From an uncultured Fibrobacterota bacterium (GTDB lineage Bacteria > Fibrobacterota > Chitinivibrionia > Chitinivibrionales > FEN-1185): a DNA stretch of 64,000 nucleotides. Below are positions 29,323 to 39,329 of this stretch, piece after piece (the stretch's first letter is position 1; each line of letters opens with the position of its first letter). Made by a program: the position numbers and the translations under genes. Below the pieces are notes generated by a model. The model worked only from the letters and a program-made list of their open reading frames with translations, was not told the origin of the DNA and did no database searches. Location of the stretch: positions 128,001-192,000 of the forward strand of contig CAVWBU010000035.1 of the NCBI GenBank assembly GCA_963753345.1, given 5' to 3'.

Positions 29323-32052
29323 TTATTTTACCTTAGTACCCAACTCTTTTATTATCCTCTGCACCTCATTCATCGCCTGCCCATATCCCGCCCAGTTCTT
29401 CTTTGACAACTCCTCCTGCGCCTTTTCGAACTCGCGGTTCGCCTCCGCGATAAGCTTCTTTACCGATGCGGATTCCGGCTCCTGCGCCGCGGCGGCCTGC
29501 TTCGGCGTTTCGACATGCTGCTCCTGGGACGCACCGCCGAAAATAGCCGACAGCGACCGCTCAAGGGTTTCCTCCATGGCGATGCTCTTGCCGAACGAGA
29601 CGATGACGCGCTTGAGCTCGGGCACGCCTCCCCCGTTTTCCGCGGCAAGGTACAGCGGCTGGACATACAGGAGTGCTTGCTCAACGGGAATGACGAGCAG
29701 GCTCCCCCAGATCACGCGCGATCCGCCCTGGTTCCACAGCGTGATCTGCTTTGAGATATCCGGGTCCTGGTTGATGCGCGATTCGATCTGCTGGGGCCCG
29801 TACACGAGCTGCTGCTTGGGAAAATCGAACACCAGAAGCTTGCCGTAATTGGGCTCGTCGCACCGTGCGGCGAGCCACGCGATCATGTTTTCCTTCTTGG
29901 CGGGAGAGAACGGCACCATGAGGATGAACTCCTCCTGCTTCCCCACCTCGGCGAGTTTCATGATGGTGTAGTAGGGCACCATCTGGTCGGTCTGGCCCTC
30001 GGCAAAGCTTTCCGGGATGCGCCACAGGTCTTCCTTGTTGTAAAACACCTGAGGGTCGGTCATATGGTACAGGGCATACACCCTGGCCTGGATGCCGAAG
30101 TAAGACTGCGGGTAGCGGATATGGCGACGCAGGTCCGGTGGCATGTCGGAAAGCGGCTTGAACACGCCGGGAAAAATGTTCCGGTATGCCCGGATGATCG
30201 GGTCCTTGGGATCGGCGACGTAGTACGACACCGTGCCGTTGTAGGCGTCAACCGTTACCTTCACGGAGTTGCGGATGTAATTGCCCACATTGCCGACGTA
30301 GGCCGAATACGGATACCGAGACGTGGTGGTGTAGGCATCGATGAACCAGAAGAGCCTGCCGTCCTCCGCGATCACCATGTAGGGGTCGCCGTCGTAGTCG
30401 AGGAACGGCATGGCCTTTTTCACCCGTTCGCCGATCCTGCGGTAATACATGATTCTGCTTTGTGAAGAAATATCCGTGGAAAGAAAGATCTTGATTTCCC
30501 CGAACCGCGTTACGAACAGCAGTTTCTTGATGAAGCCCCCCATGGGAACCCCGCCGGTCCCCGTGTAGGTGGTGTACACGTTCTGGTCGCCCGACGGATA
30601 GTCGAACTCCTTGGAGCGGGTGTTGACAATTGCGTACCCGGCGTCCGACTCGCCGTAGTAGATCTCGGGACGCCGCACGGCGACATCGCCGTTGGAGGCG
30701 GGCGGTATGTTCTGGACAAAGAACTCGGGGAGCCCCTCGGCGGTGACGTTGTTCACCGGCCCCATGCACAGGCCGTACCCGTGCGTGTACGAAAGGTGCT
30801 CGTTGATCCAGATGCGGCTGGGAAGGCTTGCCGGCACCAGTTCGCGCGACGCAAGCATCACCTGACGGTATTTGCCGTTGATCATGTAGCGGTCGTTGTC
30901 TACATCAAGGAATTTGTAGTAGGTGCGGATCTCCTGGAGCTGCGAAAACGTGGTGAGCAGGGGCGCGTTGTCCCACAGCCGTATGTTCTTGACGGTGAGG
31001 TCGTTCTTCTGCAGCATCTCGCGCGTGAGACTGTCGGTGGGGAAAAAATGCCGCTGTTCTATTTCGTCAAGATTGTAGGCGGCGCGGGTGTTTGCGATGC
31101 TCCATTTGATGTAGGGCGTCTCCTTGGACACCTCGTTGGGCGCCACCACGAACTTCTGCACGAGGCCGCTCGCTCCCCTGCCGATAAGGTTGAGCACGAA
31201 CACCAGCAGGATGCCAGCCACCGCAAACTTGAGCGTCTTGGTCCAGATGTTGATCCACACGAGCAGCGCGGCCGCGAGGCAGATGTAGCGCATGATCCTG
31301 AGGAACGGCAGGTAATAGTGGATGTCGGCAAAGCCCGCGCCGTTGACAATGTGGCTGCCGCCCGTGACCATGCCGTACATGCGGAACTGGAAGAAGAAGA
31401 ACAGCGAACCCACCACGAGGCCCGTGAGCACCAGGATGTGCGCCTTTGCCGCGCCTGCCGCGGATATCCACCGGCCCGTGAACGTGATGTTCTGCCGCAG
31501 AAAGTACACGATAAAACTGCCCGCGAGTGAGAACACTGCGATGGCAAGCGCGCCGTTGTAGAGAAGACGGTAAAACGGCAGCCTGAACACGTAGAAACTT
31601 ATGTCTTTTCCCAAAAGCGGGTCGGCCGCGCCGAACGCCACCGCGCCTCTGTACTTGAGAAACAGGTCCCAGTATCCGCTGGCCACGCTGCCGATGAAAA
31701 ATGCCGCAACCACTGCCGCCGCCGGAAGTATGTACTTTACAAAAGGCATGACGCCGTACGCTTCCACATACGCAAGGAGCGGCGATTGCCGCGCATGCGA
31801 CAGCGGTTTGGACAGCGCCTGCGCCAGCAGCAGGTTGCCGTAGATCACCACGAGCGCCACAAGCCCGGCGCACACCGAAACGCCCACCTGCGCCGAGAGC
31901 ATGGTGACGAACACCTGGGACAGGCGGAGCTCCGAATACCAGAAGTAATCGGTGACAAGCGCGGCGATCTGCCCGGCGAACACCATCACGATCAGGACGA
32001 CGAACGCGACTACGAGCCAGCCGATGTGTTTGGGTTTCAGCAGAGAGGGCAT
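29323..32052 (-). CDS. UPF0182 family membrane protein
   Basis: DPLLGKDISFYVF.LP, NIRLWD, YTHGYG, NYIRNSVK.TVDAY.G, YVQPLYL. Confidence 0.95.
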   Translation of the reverse strand: MPSLLKPKHIGWLVVAFVVLIVMVFAGQIAALVTDYFWYSELRLSQVFVTMLSAQVGVSVCAGLVALVVIYGNLLLAQALSKPLSHARQSPLLAYVEAYGVMPFVKYILPAAAVVAAFFIGSVASGYWDLFLKYRGAVAFGAADPLLGKDISFYVFRLPFYRLLYNGALAIAVFSLAGSFIVYFLRQNITFTGRWISAAGAAKAHILVLTGLVVGSLFFFFQFRMYGMVTGGSHIVNGAGFADIHYYLPFLRIMRYICLAAALLVWINIWTKTLKFAVAGILLVFVLNLIGRGASGLVQKFVVAPNEVSKETPYIKWSIANTRAAYNLDEIEQRHFFPTDSLTREMLQKNDLTVKNIRLWDNAPLLTTFSQLQEIRTYYKFLDVDNDRYMINGKYRQVMLASRELVPASLPSRIWINEHLSYTHGYGLCMGPVNNVTAEGLPEFFVQNIPPASNGDVAVRRPEIYYGESDAGYAIVNTRSKEFDYPSGDQNVYTTYTGTGGVPMGGFIKKLLFVTRFGEIKIFLSTDISSQSRIMYYRRIGERVKKAMPFLDYDGDPYMVIAEDGRLFWFIDAYTTTSRYPYSAYVGNVGNYIRNSVKVTVDAYNGTVSYYVADPKDPIIRAYRNIFPGVFKPLSDMPPDLRRHIRYPQSYFGIQARVYALYHMTDPQVFYNKEDLWRIPESFAEGQTDQMVPYYTIMKLAEVGKQEEFILMVPFSPAKKENMIAWLAARCDEPNYGKLLVFDFPKQQLVYGPQQIESRINQDPDISKQITLWNQGGSRVIWGSLLVIPVEQALLYVQPLYLAAENGGGVPELKRVIVSFGKSIAMEETLERSLSAIFGGASQEQHVETPKQAAAAQEPESASVKKLIAEANREFEKAQEELSKKNWAGYGQAMNEVQRIIKELGTKVK

Positions 32053-32088
32053 GGATTCTCCTTTGTTGACAAGACTATTACCTAAGAT

Positions 32089-32237
32089 TCACCGCAGAGG
32101 CGTGCCCTCGACCTGATCGGGGGCACGGAGGACACGGAGAAAACAAGTTGACAGTTGACAGCAAGACAAGCCAAACGTGACTTTCTTGGTATTACTTGAC
32201 TTGGCTTCTTCTCTGTGCTCTCTGTGTCTCTGTGGTG
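32089..32237. repeat. CACCRCAGAG/CTCTGTGGTG inverted repeat element
   Basis: TCACCGCAGAGG...CACGGAGGACACGGAG facing CTCTGTGCTCTCTGTGTCTCTGTGGTGA. Confidence 0.6.
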
Positions 32238-32301
32238 ATTTTTCATTTTGTGCAACCAGAAAGGATTTTTGCGGTATGCCTACGGCGTTTTCTCGAAAAG
32301 A

Positions 32302-32412
32302 GACCACGCCCTTAGGGCGTGGTGCACAATGTTACGCTAAAGCGCTGACGCGCTTTTCTTTGATTTCGGGGGTTACACCCCCTCATCAAAGCCACGGCCT
32401 ATGGCCGTGGTT
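32302..32412. repeat. Pair of palindromes resembling IS200/IS605-type ends (possible non-autonomous remnant)
   Basis: ACCACGCCCTTAGGGCGTGGT and CCACGGCCTATGGCCGTGG about 70 nt apart, no transposase between them. Confidence 0.45.
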
Positions 32413-32420
32413 CTTTACTG

Positions 32421-34148
32421 CTATTTCTTCTTTTCCTCTTCCGCCGGCGGGGTCTTGGGCTTTATCTTCGGCGCGCAGAGCTCGCATGCGGCCGGAACGG
32501 ATATTCCTTCAACGTCCCAGCGCGCCCGCGCCTCCACCGTGTCCGGGAAGATCCTGTATTCTTCGGGCGGCACCCAGGGAACAAGGCTTCCCGGCGTTGG
32601 TTTGCCGTCGCGGTTGACATCAAGGAAGTACGCGATTTTCCCCTTTCCGGACGGTATCGTGTCGAACCTGAACGATCCGGCCCTGTCGGCCGTCAGGTAC
32701 GCCTTCTGCTTCCCGAACGGCAGAAACTGCCACGTGCGGAGGCTGTCGCCCTTGAGGCACGACGCCCCGCCGCTCAGGCTGAGGCACAGATCCTGGTCCG
32801 ATGTGGTGCGGAACTTGACGGTTACGCCGGCCGTGTCTTTCGGCATGTTGCCGGCGGCGTCTGCGAACAGCGAGTCGGGCATCGAGACTTCGTATGCCAT
32901 GCCGGGCGTCAGACTCCGCTTTGCAAAAAGGAACGTTGTGTCGCAGAACCGCTCCGAAACACCGAGGTCGACCCTGGCGCCGAGCGTGTCTTCGCAGTAC
33001 CATTTCGACGCCCGGCAGGTGACCGGCTTCGACCAGAATATCCTCACCGCCGGCCGTACGTCCGCGCCGGACTGCGGGTCCGATCCCTTTATAACAGGAA
33101 CCGCGGTGTCCGCAGCGGCAAGGCCGTTAAAAAGGATGGTGTCGTTTTGCGCAACGCCCTTGCCGGACAAAAGCGGCGACTGTTTGCGGCACACGAGCCG
33201 GAACGGCGCAAGGCCGAGCGTATCGGACAGCAGGAGCACAAACCGCTGCGTATGATACACCGGCAGATACTGTTTTATCGAAACCTGCCGTTTCGACTCG
33301 GTGCCTTCTACGCGCCACGCGTCCGCGTACGCGGAGTCCGGCATGCCGGTTCCGCCGATCCATTCGCCGCCGATGCAGGTGGCGGAAAGCGGCCGAAGCG
33401 TGGCAACGTGCCGAGTTGTGGTGTCGCAGACAACGCCGAACAGCACGAGCGGCCCCACCACCTTGTCGAGCGTGAAACGCTTGGTGATGGGAGCAAACAC
33501 CGCCTCACGCAGCGGGTCGATCTTGTTGTTGCCGTTGTCGTCTAAAAACGCAAGCGCTTCGTAGGTCCCGCGGTGAATGTTGTCAAACGAGAACACGCCC
33601 GCGCTGTCGGTCTGGGTGAGGTAGCTGGGCATGCCGAACAGCACCGTGTCGCTCGTCTGCGCTTCGCTCCGCGCAAACAGTGCGACCTTGGGCTGGATCG
33701 CCTTGCCCTCGCCCACGACCACGCACCCGAACACCCGGCCGCTGTCGATGGTGGGACCGGTGGAGAAATAGTACTGGTACGGCGTACCGATGGAGTTGCC
33801 GCGCAGATCGGAAAGCGTGGTGTTGAAAACAATGTGATAGGTCGTGGAATCCGAAAACGCGCGCTTGGGTTTGACGAGCACCTTTCTTCCCGACACGGAG
33901 ATCTTGACGCCCCCTTTCAACGTGGGAAATACGGCAAGGCATTTGTCCGCGTTCTGGGTGTTGATCCATTTTGTAAACTTGAATACGATGACGCTTTTGA
34001 CCGGGACCAGCCTGGAACCCAGCGGCGGCGAGGCCCACGCCACCTTCGGCGGCGTCTTGTCGTCGGGCCCGCCCGTGGGAGGGACCTGGTGGGCGCAGCA
34101 AACGATAAGGCAAGCTATCGTAGATGAAATAATGATGATTCTATTCAT
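32421..34148 (-). CDS. Ig-like (Big_5) domain lipoprotein
   Basis: Lipobox-like C, CA...PTGGP.DKTPP, YYFSTG..IDSG. Confidence 0.85.
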   Translation of the reverse strand: MNRIIIISSTIACLIVCCAHQVPPTGGPDDKTPPKVAWASPPLGSRLVPVKSVIVFKFTKWINTQNADKCLAVFPTLKGGVKISVSGRKVLVKPKRAFSDSTTYHIVFNTTLSDLRGNSIGTPYQYYFSTGPTIDSGRVFGCVVVGEGKAIQPKVALFARSEAQTSDTVLFGMPSYLTQTDSAGVFSFDNIHRGTYEALAFLDDNGNNKIDPLREAVFAPITKRFTLDKVVGPLVLFGVVCDTTTRHVATLRPLSATCIGGEWIGGTGMPDSAYADAWRVEGTESKRQVSIKQYLPVYHTQRFVLLLSDTLGLAPFRLVCRKQSPLLSGKGVAQNDTILFNGLAAADTAVPVIKGSDPQSGADVRPAVRIFWSKPVTCRASKWYCEDTLGARVDLGVSERFCDTTFLFAKRSLTPGMAYEVSMPDSLFADAAGNMPKDTAGVTVKFRTTSDQDLCLSLSGGASCLKGDSLRTWQFLPFGKQKAYLTADRAGSFRFDTIPSGKGKIAYFLDVNRDGKPTPGSLVPWVPPEEYRIFPDTVEARARWDVEGISVPAACELCAPKIKPKTPPAEEEKKK

Positions 34149-34287
34149 TATTATTGATAGAAGTCTCTATTTCTGGTAGTGGTTAATGCAAAAAGGAATG
34201 TTTCAACCGGAATAGAAGAAATTACAATACTGCCATGGATGATATGGAGAGGAATTGGCGGGGATTATTGCAACAATGCTTAATAAA

Positions 34288-34764
34288 TCAGAAAGAGATG
34301 GGCGTTCCTGCCGCGTCCAATGCCCCGCCCATACGGTCGGATATGTCAATTTCATTGTCCAAATGATGTTCGAAACCCGTTGTCCAATTGGCAGGATTGT
34401 TCTTGATGTATTGACAAATGGCATATCTGGATTTGCCATCACGGATGATATGATCGTAATAATTGCGTTGCCATATTTTTTCAATCCCGTGTTGTCGAAT
34501 CGCGTTGATTTGTTTGGACGCGGACGCGCGAATAACAATGATCCCGTGAATGTGGTTCGGCATAACGATGAATTCGTCCAAACGGATGCGGGGATAATGT
34601 GACGGCGAATCGTTCCAACATTTACGAACAATATTTCCATAATCGTTTTGGACAATGATCCCGCCAACCACGTCCCCGAATAATTTTTGGTTCCGATCGT
34701 GAATGCAAACCGTGATGAAATACGCGCCGGGCAGGGAATAATCGTACCCGCGCAGACGAGCCAT
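34288..34764 (-). mobile_element. RAYT-like / Y1 HUH tyrosine transposase, probably internally shortened
   Basis: RLRGYDYS..GAYFITVC, MPNHIHGII (HUH), WQRNYYDHIIR, YI.NNP.NW (catalytic Tyr). Confidence 0.85.
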
Positions 34765-34894
34765 CCAATTTTAGAATGTAGATTTGAAATGCGAAATCAA
34801 TCCTACCTATGTCCTGACTGCACCTTCCGTTCTCTTGTCTGCAATCCGCATTCTACAATCCACAATTAATTGGCGGGGCGCCCATATTAATATT

Positions 34895-35983
34895 TCACGA
34901 TTCCAATTCAATCTCCACGTTTCCCGGCGCAATGTCCCTGAGCTTCGCCGTGCCCGAACCGTCGGCGGTCCCGTGCCTTGTTTCTCCCGATGCAAGACGT
35001 GCCGTGAACTTCCTGTTAGCGGCAGCCTTGCCGTCCTTGTCGTTAAGCTGGATTTCCACATCGCCGTGAAGGTAGAGCGGCCCGGATTGCCCGGAAAGCT
35101 CGCCGATGCCGGCCTTGAAAAAGAAGAACGGAAGGCTGTACAGGCCCTTTTTGGTTTTTGCATTGCATATCGTCAGGAATTTTCCGTCGGCCTTCATGGT
35201 CCACTGCCGCCGCACCTGATTGTTTTGTACCACAGCCTCGATTGTTTCGAGCAGGTGATCTCCGTAATTGCCGTCGCGGACATAAATATCGAGCACCGCC
35301 TTTTCCCCGTTGTCAACGCCCTCCGTATCCACCTCAAGAGAAACCGGCTTTCCCGCATCGGCCTCCCGCGCCGACCACGCGACGTTGACAATTGCGCGAA
35401 GCGTCACGGCGTAGCTGCCCTCGGGAACGGAGGTCATGGCGATGCGGCCGCCGAGCACGCCGCTCCGTTTCGCCTTGTCCGGGTATTCGAGCGTATAGCG
35501 CATGCCGCCCACGGGCAGGTTGGCGTCGTCCACAAAACTCATGTCGAGGAAATGGTCGCCCTGCTTGTTTGTCTGAGGGGATTGATGGGACATGGCGGCG
35601 CTTGCGAGCGCGCCTGCCGTTGCGGTTCCTCCGCCGCCACCGCCGCCCGCGCCGGCGCCCCCGCTTCCTCCGCCCGCGCCCGCTTCACCGATGAGAACGG
35701 TCATGCATCCCACAATGATGGAGCTGGGCGGACCCACGCACATGGCCATGTCGCCCATGCGTGCGGCGGGCATGCCGCCGATGAACACGCCGGTGCTGCC
35801 GAGGAGAATGGATCCGCCCACGTGGGGAATGGGCGGCGTGCCGGGAGTCGCCATGGGGCACACGTGCATGTCGCCCATGCGGGCCGCGGGCATGCCGCCG
35901 ATGAGCACGGTGGGGCAGCCGGGCCCGGTAATCACCCCGCCGTGGCAGGTGGAATCGCCGAGTCGCGCAGCGGGTTTACCCAT
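34895..35983 (-). CDS. PAAR domain protein with Gly-rich linker and C-terminal extension
   Basis: Three PAAR motifs (KPAARLGD, two MPAARMGD) with Zn-binding His/Cys. Confidence 0.95.
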   Translation of the reverse strand: MGKPAARLGDSTCHGGVITGPGCPTVLIGGMPAARMGDMHVCPMATPGTPPIPHVGGSILLGSTGVFIGGMPAARMGDMAMCVGPPSSIIVGCMTVLIGEAGAGGGSGGAGAGGGGGGGTATAGALASAAMSHQSPQTNKQGDHFLDMSFVDDANLPVGGMRYTLEYPDKAKRSGVLGGRIAMTSVPEGSYAVTLRAIVNVAWSAREADAGKPVSLEVDTEGVDNGEKAVLDIYVRDGNYGDHLLETIEAVVQNNQVRRQWTMKADGKFLTICNAKTKKGLYSLPFFFFKAGIGELSGQSGPLYLHGDVEIQLNDKDGKAAANRKFTARLASGETRHGTADGSGTAKLRDIAPGNVEIELES

Positions 35984-36001
35984 GCTTCTTCTCTGTGTCT
36001 T

Positions 36002-37060
36002 TTAGTTTGCAAACGGGACATACCTTATTGTCAACTCGAGCCCCTTTGAGATCCTGATGGACGAGATGAACCGCCAGATGTCCCACTGCTTTCCGCCAAG
36101 GGAAACGGTGCCCGCCTGCAGCATGTAGGTGGTGACGCGGCCTTCCTGGCGAAACCGTATCATCCTGCAGTCCTTGATAAGGAGTTGCTTGAGCACGCCG
36201 ATCAGCGCGGAAATCTGGTCGCCGTCGGTGATGGCATGCATGCCGGCGTTGAGCCCGGCATCAATCTGCGCGGAGTCATTTTTCCAGTCGTCCGATCCCT
36301 TGCCGCCGTTCACGCTGTCAACGAAATCCTTGATGCGCGAGGGGCCGTCGTCTCCGATGAGGAGGCCCGGCGAGTTGATCACGCCGAGGTCGTTGGGATT
36401 TATGGTGAGGGGCGATAGGATGTCGAAGAGCTCGAAGCGCGTGTCCGTGTCGTCTATAAATTCGAAATCGGACATGGCGAGCTTGTCGTAGCGCGCGCCC
36501 TTGCGCACCTCCGCGTACTTAATCTGGAACACCGTCGAGCTGAACGCCGTGTCGGTGTTGAACCAGAAGAAGCACTTGCGCATGTTGACTTCCTCATGGG
36601 TGAGCGGGCCGCGCGTGCCTTCGCGCGCGTCCCAGTCGAACGTGAACTGGAAGGCGGGTTTTTCGTCAAGTTTCACCGTGATCATTTTGGGCACGCTGTT
36701 GTCCTCGAGGCAAATGAAGTCTTTCCTGCATCCCGGTCCGAGCACCATGCCCTTGATCTTCTTCTTGTCCGGAAACCTGATCTCCATCCATTGCCCTTCG
36801 CCGCTAGTCTGGCTGCCCTCAACCCATGTAGTGGTGGAATCGGTATCGAACATGTGCAGGAGAACGTTGGAAGTCGGATCGTTCCTGCTCCCCATGAGCT
36901 CCGAGGACCCGCGCACGATGGCGGTCCTTCCGTCGATGACCAGGGTGTCGTTGACGATGTAGACGGTTGCGGCGGCCGAAAACGGCGCGACACAGAGCGT
37001 CGGGAGAACAAGCAGGCGCGCGAGCGCAGAAACCGGACGGCTGAGGCGGCAAGGGTTCAT
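36002..37060 (-). CDS. Secreted protein with discoidin/NADase-type glycan-binding domain
   Basis: Signal peptide; FD.D.TT.WVEG....GEGQWMEI. Confidence 0.65.
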   Translation of the reverse strand: MNPCRLSRPVSALARLLVLPTLCVAPFSAAATVYIVNDTLVIDGRTAIVRGSSELMGSRNDPTSNVLLHMFDTDSTTTWVEGSQTSGEGQWMEIRFPDKKKIKGMVLGPGCRKDFICLEDNSVPKMITVKLDEKPAFQFTFDWDAREGTRGPLTHEEVNMRKCFFWFNTDTAFSSTVFQIKYAEVRKGARYDKLAMSDFEFIDDTDTRFELFDILSPLTINPNDLGVINSPGLLIGDDGPSRIKDFVDSVNGGKGSDDWKNDSAQIDAGLNAGMHAITDGDQISALIGVLKQLLIKDCRMIRFRQEGRVTTYMLQAGTVSLGGKQWDIWRFISSIRISKGLELTIRYVPFAN

Positions 37061-37133
37061 AATGGTTCCTTTGAAAAAATTGGTCTGCAGGGGCACCTCT
37101 CAAAAATGGCATTTCGCAGGGCAGGGGAGCACG

Positions 37134-39305
37134 TTAGTTTATCATCACCATGGTTCCCTTGACTTTTGCCATCACGTCGCCCGACACCTCGGTCATCATT
37201 CCTTCGAGTTTTGCCTGCATGCTTCCCTTGACCGATGCGTTCATCTGGGCCTCCAAGGTCACGTTCATGCCCTTGACTTCCACGTCCGTGTCCGCTTTTT
37301 CGCTGATTTTCATTCCCGCCATGGTGAAATCGGTGGTCGCCTTCTGTTCGATTTTTCCTTGTGACGACAGCGAGATGTTCGCCGCCTTTATCGTAAGGTC
37401 TTTTGCCGCGCTTATGGTGATTTCGCCCTGCGAATCGAGGAGCAGCTTGCCGCTGTTGCCGTCGAGCGTCACGGTATTTTTTCCCGCGGCGTCGGTGAGG
37501 CCGATCTTCTTTCCGTTGTCGTCCATTTCGAGGAGGTTGCCCGCCTTGGTCTGAATTGTCAATTTCTTGTTTGTGTCGTCTATCCTGATAACGTGGCCGC
37601 CGTCCGTTGTAATAACGATGCCTTCGCTGCCGCTCTTATAGGTCATGGTGATGGAGTGGCTCTTCGCGTTCCACGACGCGCATTCGTTCTTGTCGTCGAG
37701 CATGAGCTTGTTTTTGTCCTTGGTCTGGACAAACGCGCATTTGAGGTCGTCGTCCATTTCGAGGGTGTGCTGCGCGTTGGTGGTGAGCCGCACCTTCTGC
37801 TTGGCGTCGGTGTCGTCGAGCAGAAGCTCGTTGCCGCCCGCGGTGCGGATCACGTTCTGCTCCTTGTTCGCGCTTGCCACCGGGGAGACCGTGTTGGCGT
37901 TGGGAACCGTGGCGAGGCCCAAGGGCCGGTCCGGGTTGCCGTCGATGCACGCCCACACCATCTCCGTGCCCTCGTGGGAGGGAAAGTGCATGCCGTAGTT
38001 CGATCCGGCATAGGGCTGCGCGAGCCGGATATAGCGCGATGCATCGTAGTTCTTCGCGTTCGACACATCGAACGGCATCCGGACCTTGTAGCGCCCCATG
38101 TCGTCGAGGCCGGCGTAGCTGGAGCCGCTCGCCTCTATGGCGGCGGTCATGATGCCGCTTATGCGCGGGGCGGGCGTCACCGGAATGGGCCGGAAGGCGT
38201 CCGCCTGTGCGGCCGGGATGCAACAGAAGCGGTTGGCATAGGTGTATACGTTCGCGCTCTCGCCTTCCATGGTGTGGCTTCCCTGGTGCTCCACCCGCGT
38301 GAGCACGTATTTGCCGTTGACGGCATCGAGAAAGTGCTCGGTGAGCGTGAACCGTTTCGCCGCGCGCATGCCGCGGCAGTTGCCGCTTCCCTCGTACACG
38401 AGCCTGTGCGCCGCATACCGGTTGGCGGTTATTTCGGCGAGCCTGTCGGCCTCGGTGGTGTTCTTGAAATGGCCGCCGTATTCGTACACGGTGCCGGTGT
38501 CGCCGCTCTTTACCGGCTTGCGGGCCGAAAGGTTGATTTCGGGCGTGCGGTAATTGTAGTCCCTGAGGAGCACCTCCCTCGGCACGATCCGCCGTAGCGA
38601 CTCGAAGCCGTGGATGGACTCCTTGTCGTCTTTGTCAATCTGCTCGGCCATGCCCGAGACGGAGCGGTACAGGACGTCGGAGGAGGTCGCCACGAAATCG
38701 AACGACGACGGCTTGTCGGAAACAACGAGTTTCTCCGCGCCGCAGCTGCCGTCGAGCTCCTCGGCCAGAATGGGATTCTCGTTGAAGAAGTACCAGAGGC
38801 CCGCCGCCTCCATGAGGCGCGCGATGAAATTGAGATCCGATTCCCGGTACTGCACCACGTACTCAAGTTCCGGGTATTTCCCTTCGTCAACCTGTAGTGT
38901 GCAGTAGTCTGAGAGGCCTGCGGCGTCGAGCACCTGCTTGACAATCCGGCTCACCTTTATCTTCTGGAAGATGCGGGTCTGCACGTTGAGGTTGAGGAGC
39001 CACAGGCGCGGGACGAGCGTGAGCACGTAGGTGGCGCGGTCGAGGCTCTTGCCCACGAACCGGAACTCCGAGACGATGCCCGAATAGGGGTAGTATTCGC
39101 CGTCGCGGAAGATGTACAGGGTTGCCGCCTTGTTCACTACGCTGTCGGGCGAGAGGTCGGCCTTCTGCGCAATGAGCATGATGTTGAATTGGTACACCGA
39201 GGAAATCCTGTCGGTGCCGGCAAAATTCATCACCTCGAACGACTCGGCCGGCAGGCCTGCCGAAAAGAAGTAGAACTGGGCGCGGTTGGCTTTTTGCAAG
39301 GGCAT
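37134..39305 (-). CDS. vgrG: Type VI secretion spike protein VgrG
   Basis: LVPRLWLL, QYRESDLNFI.RLME..G, DYNYRTP, GRYKVR.PFD, RLAQPYAG..YGMHFP, GNPDRP, gp5-like beta-repeat tail. Confidence 0.95.
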   Translation of the reverse strand: MPLQKANRAQFYFFSAGLPAESFEVMNFAGTDRISSVYQFNIMLIAQKADLSPDSVVNKAATLYIFRDGEYYPYSGIVSEFRFVGKSLDRATYVLTLVPRLWLLNLNVQTRIFQKIKVSRIVKQVLDAAGLSDYCTLQVDEGKYPELEYVVQYRESDLNFIARLMEAAGLWYFFNENPILAEELDGSCGAEKLVVSDKPSSFDFVATSSDVLYRSVSGMAEQIDKDDKESIHGFESLRRIVPREVLLRDYNYRTPEINLSARKPVKSGDTGTVYEYGGHFKNTTEADRLAEITANRYAAHRLVYEGSGNCRGMRAAKRFTLTEHFLDAVNGKYVLTRVEHQGSHTMEGESANVYTYANRFCCIPAAQADAFRPIPVTPAPRISGIMTAAIEASGSSYAGLDDMGRYKVRMPFDVSNAKNYDASRYIRLAQPYAGSNYGMHFPSHEGTEMVWACIDGNPDRPLGLATVPNANTVSPVASANKEQNVIRTAGGNELLLDDTDAKQKVRLTTNAQHTLEMDDDLKCAFVQTKDKNKLMLDDKNECASWNAKSHSITMTYKSGSEGIVITTDGGHVIRIDDTNKKLTIQTKAGNLLEMDDNGKKIGLTDAAGKNTVTLDGNSGKLLLDSQGEITISAAKDLTIKAANISLSSQGKIEQKATTDFTMAGMKISEKADTDVEVKGMNVTLEAQMNASVKGSMQAKLEGMMTEVSGDVMAKVKGTMVMIN

Positions 39306-39329
39306 GGAAGTCTCCTTATGTATGATAGA

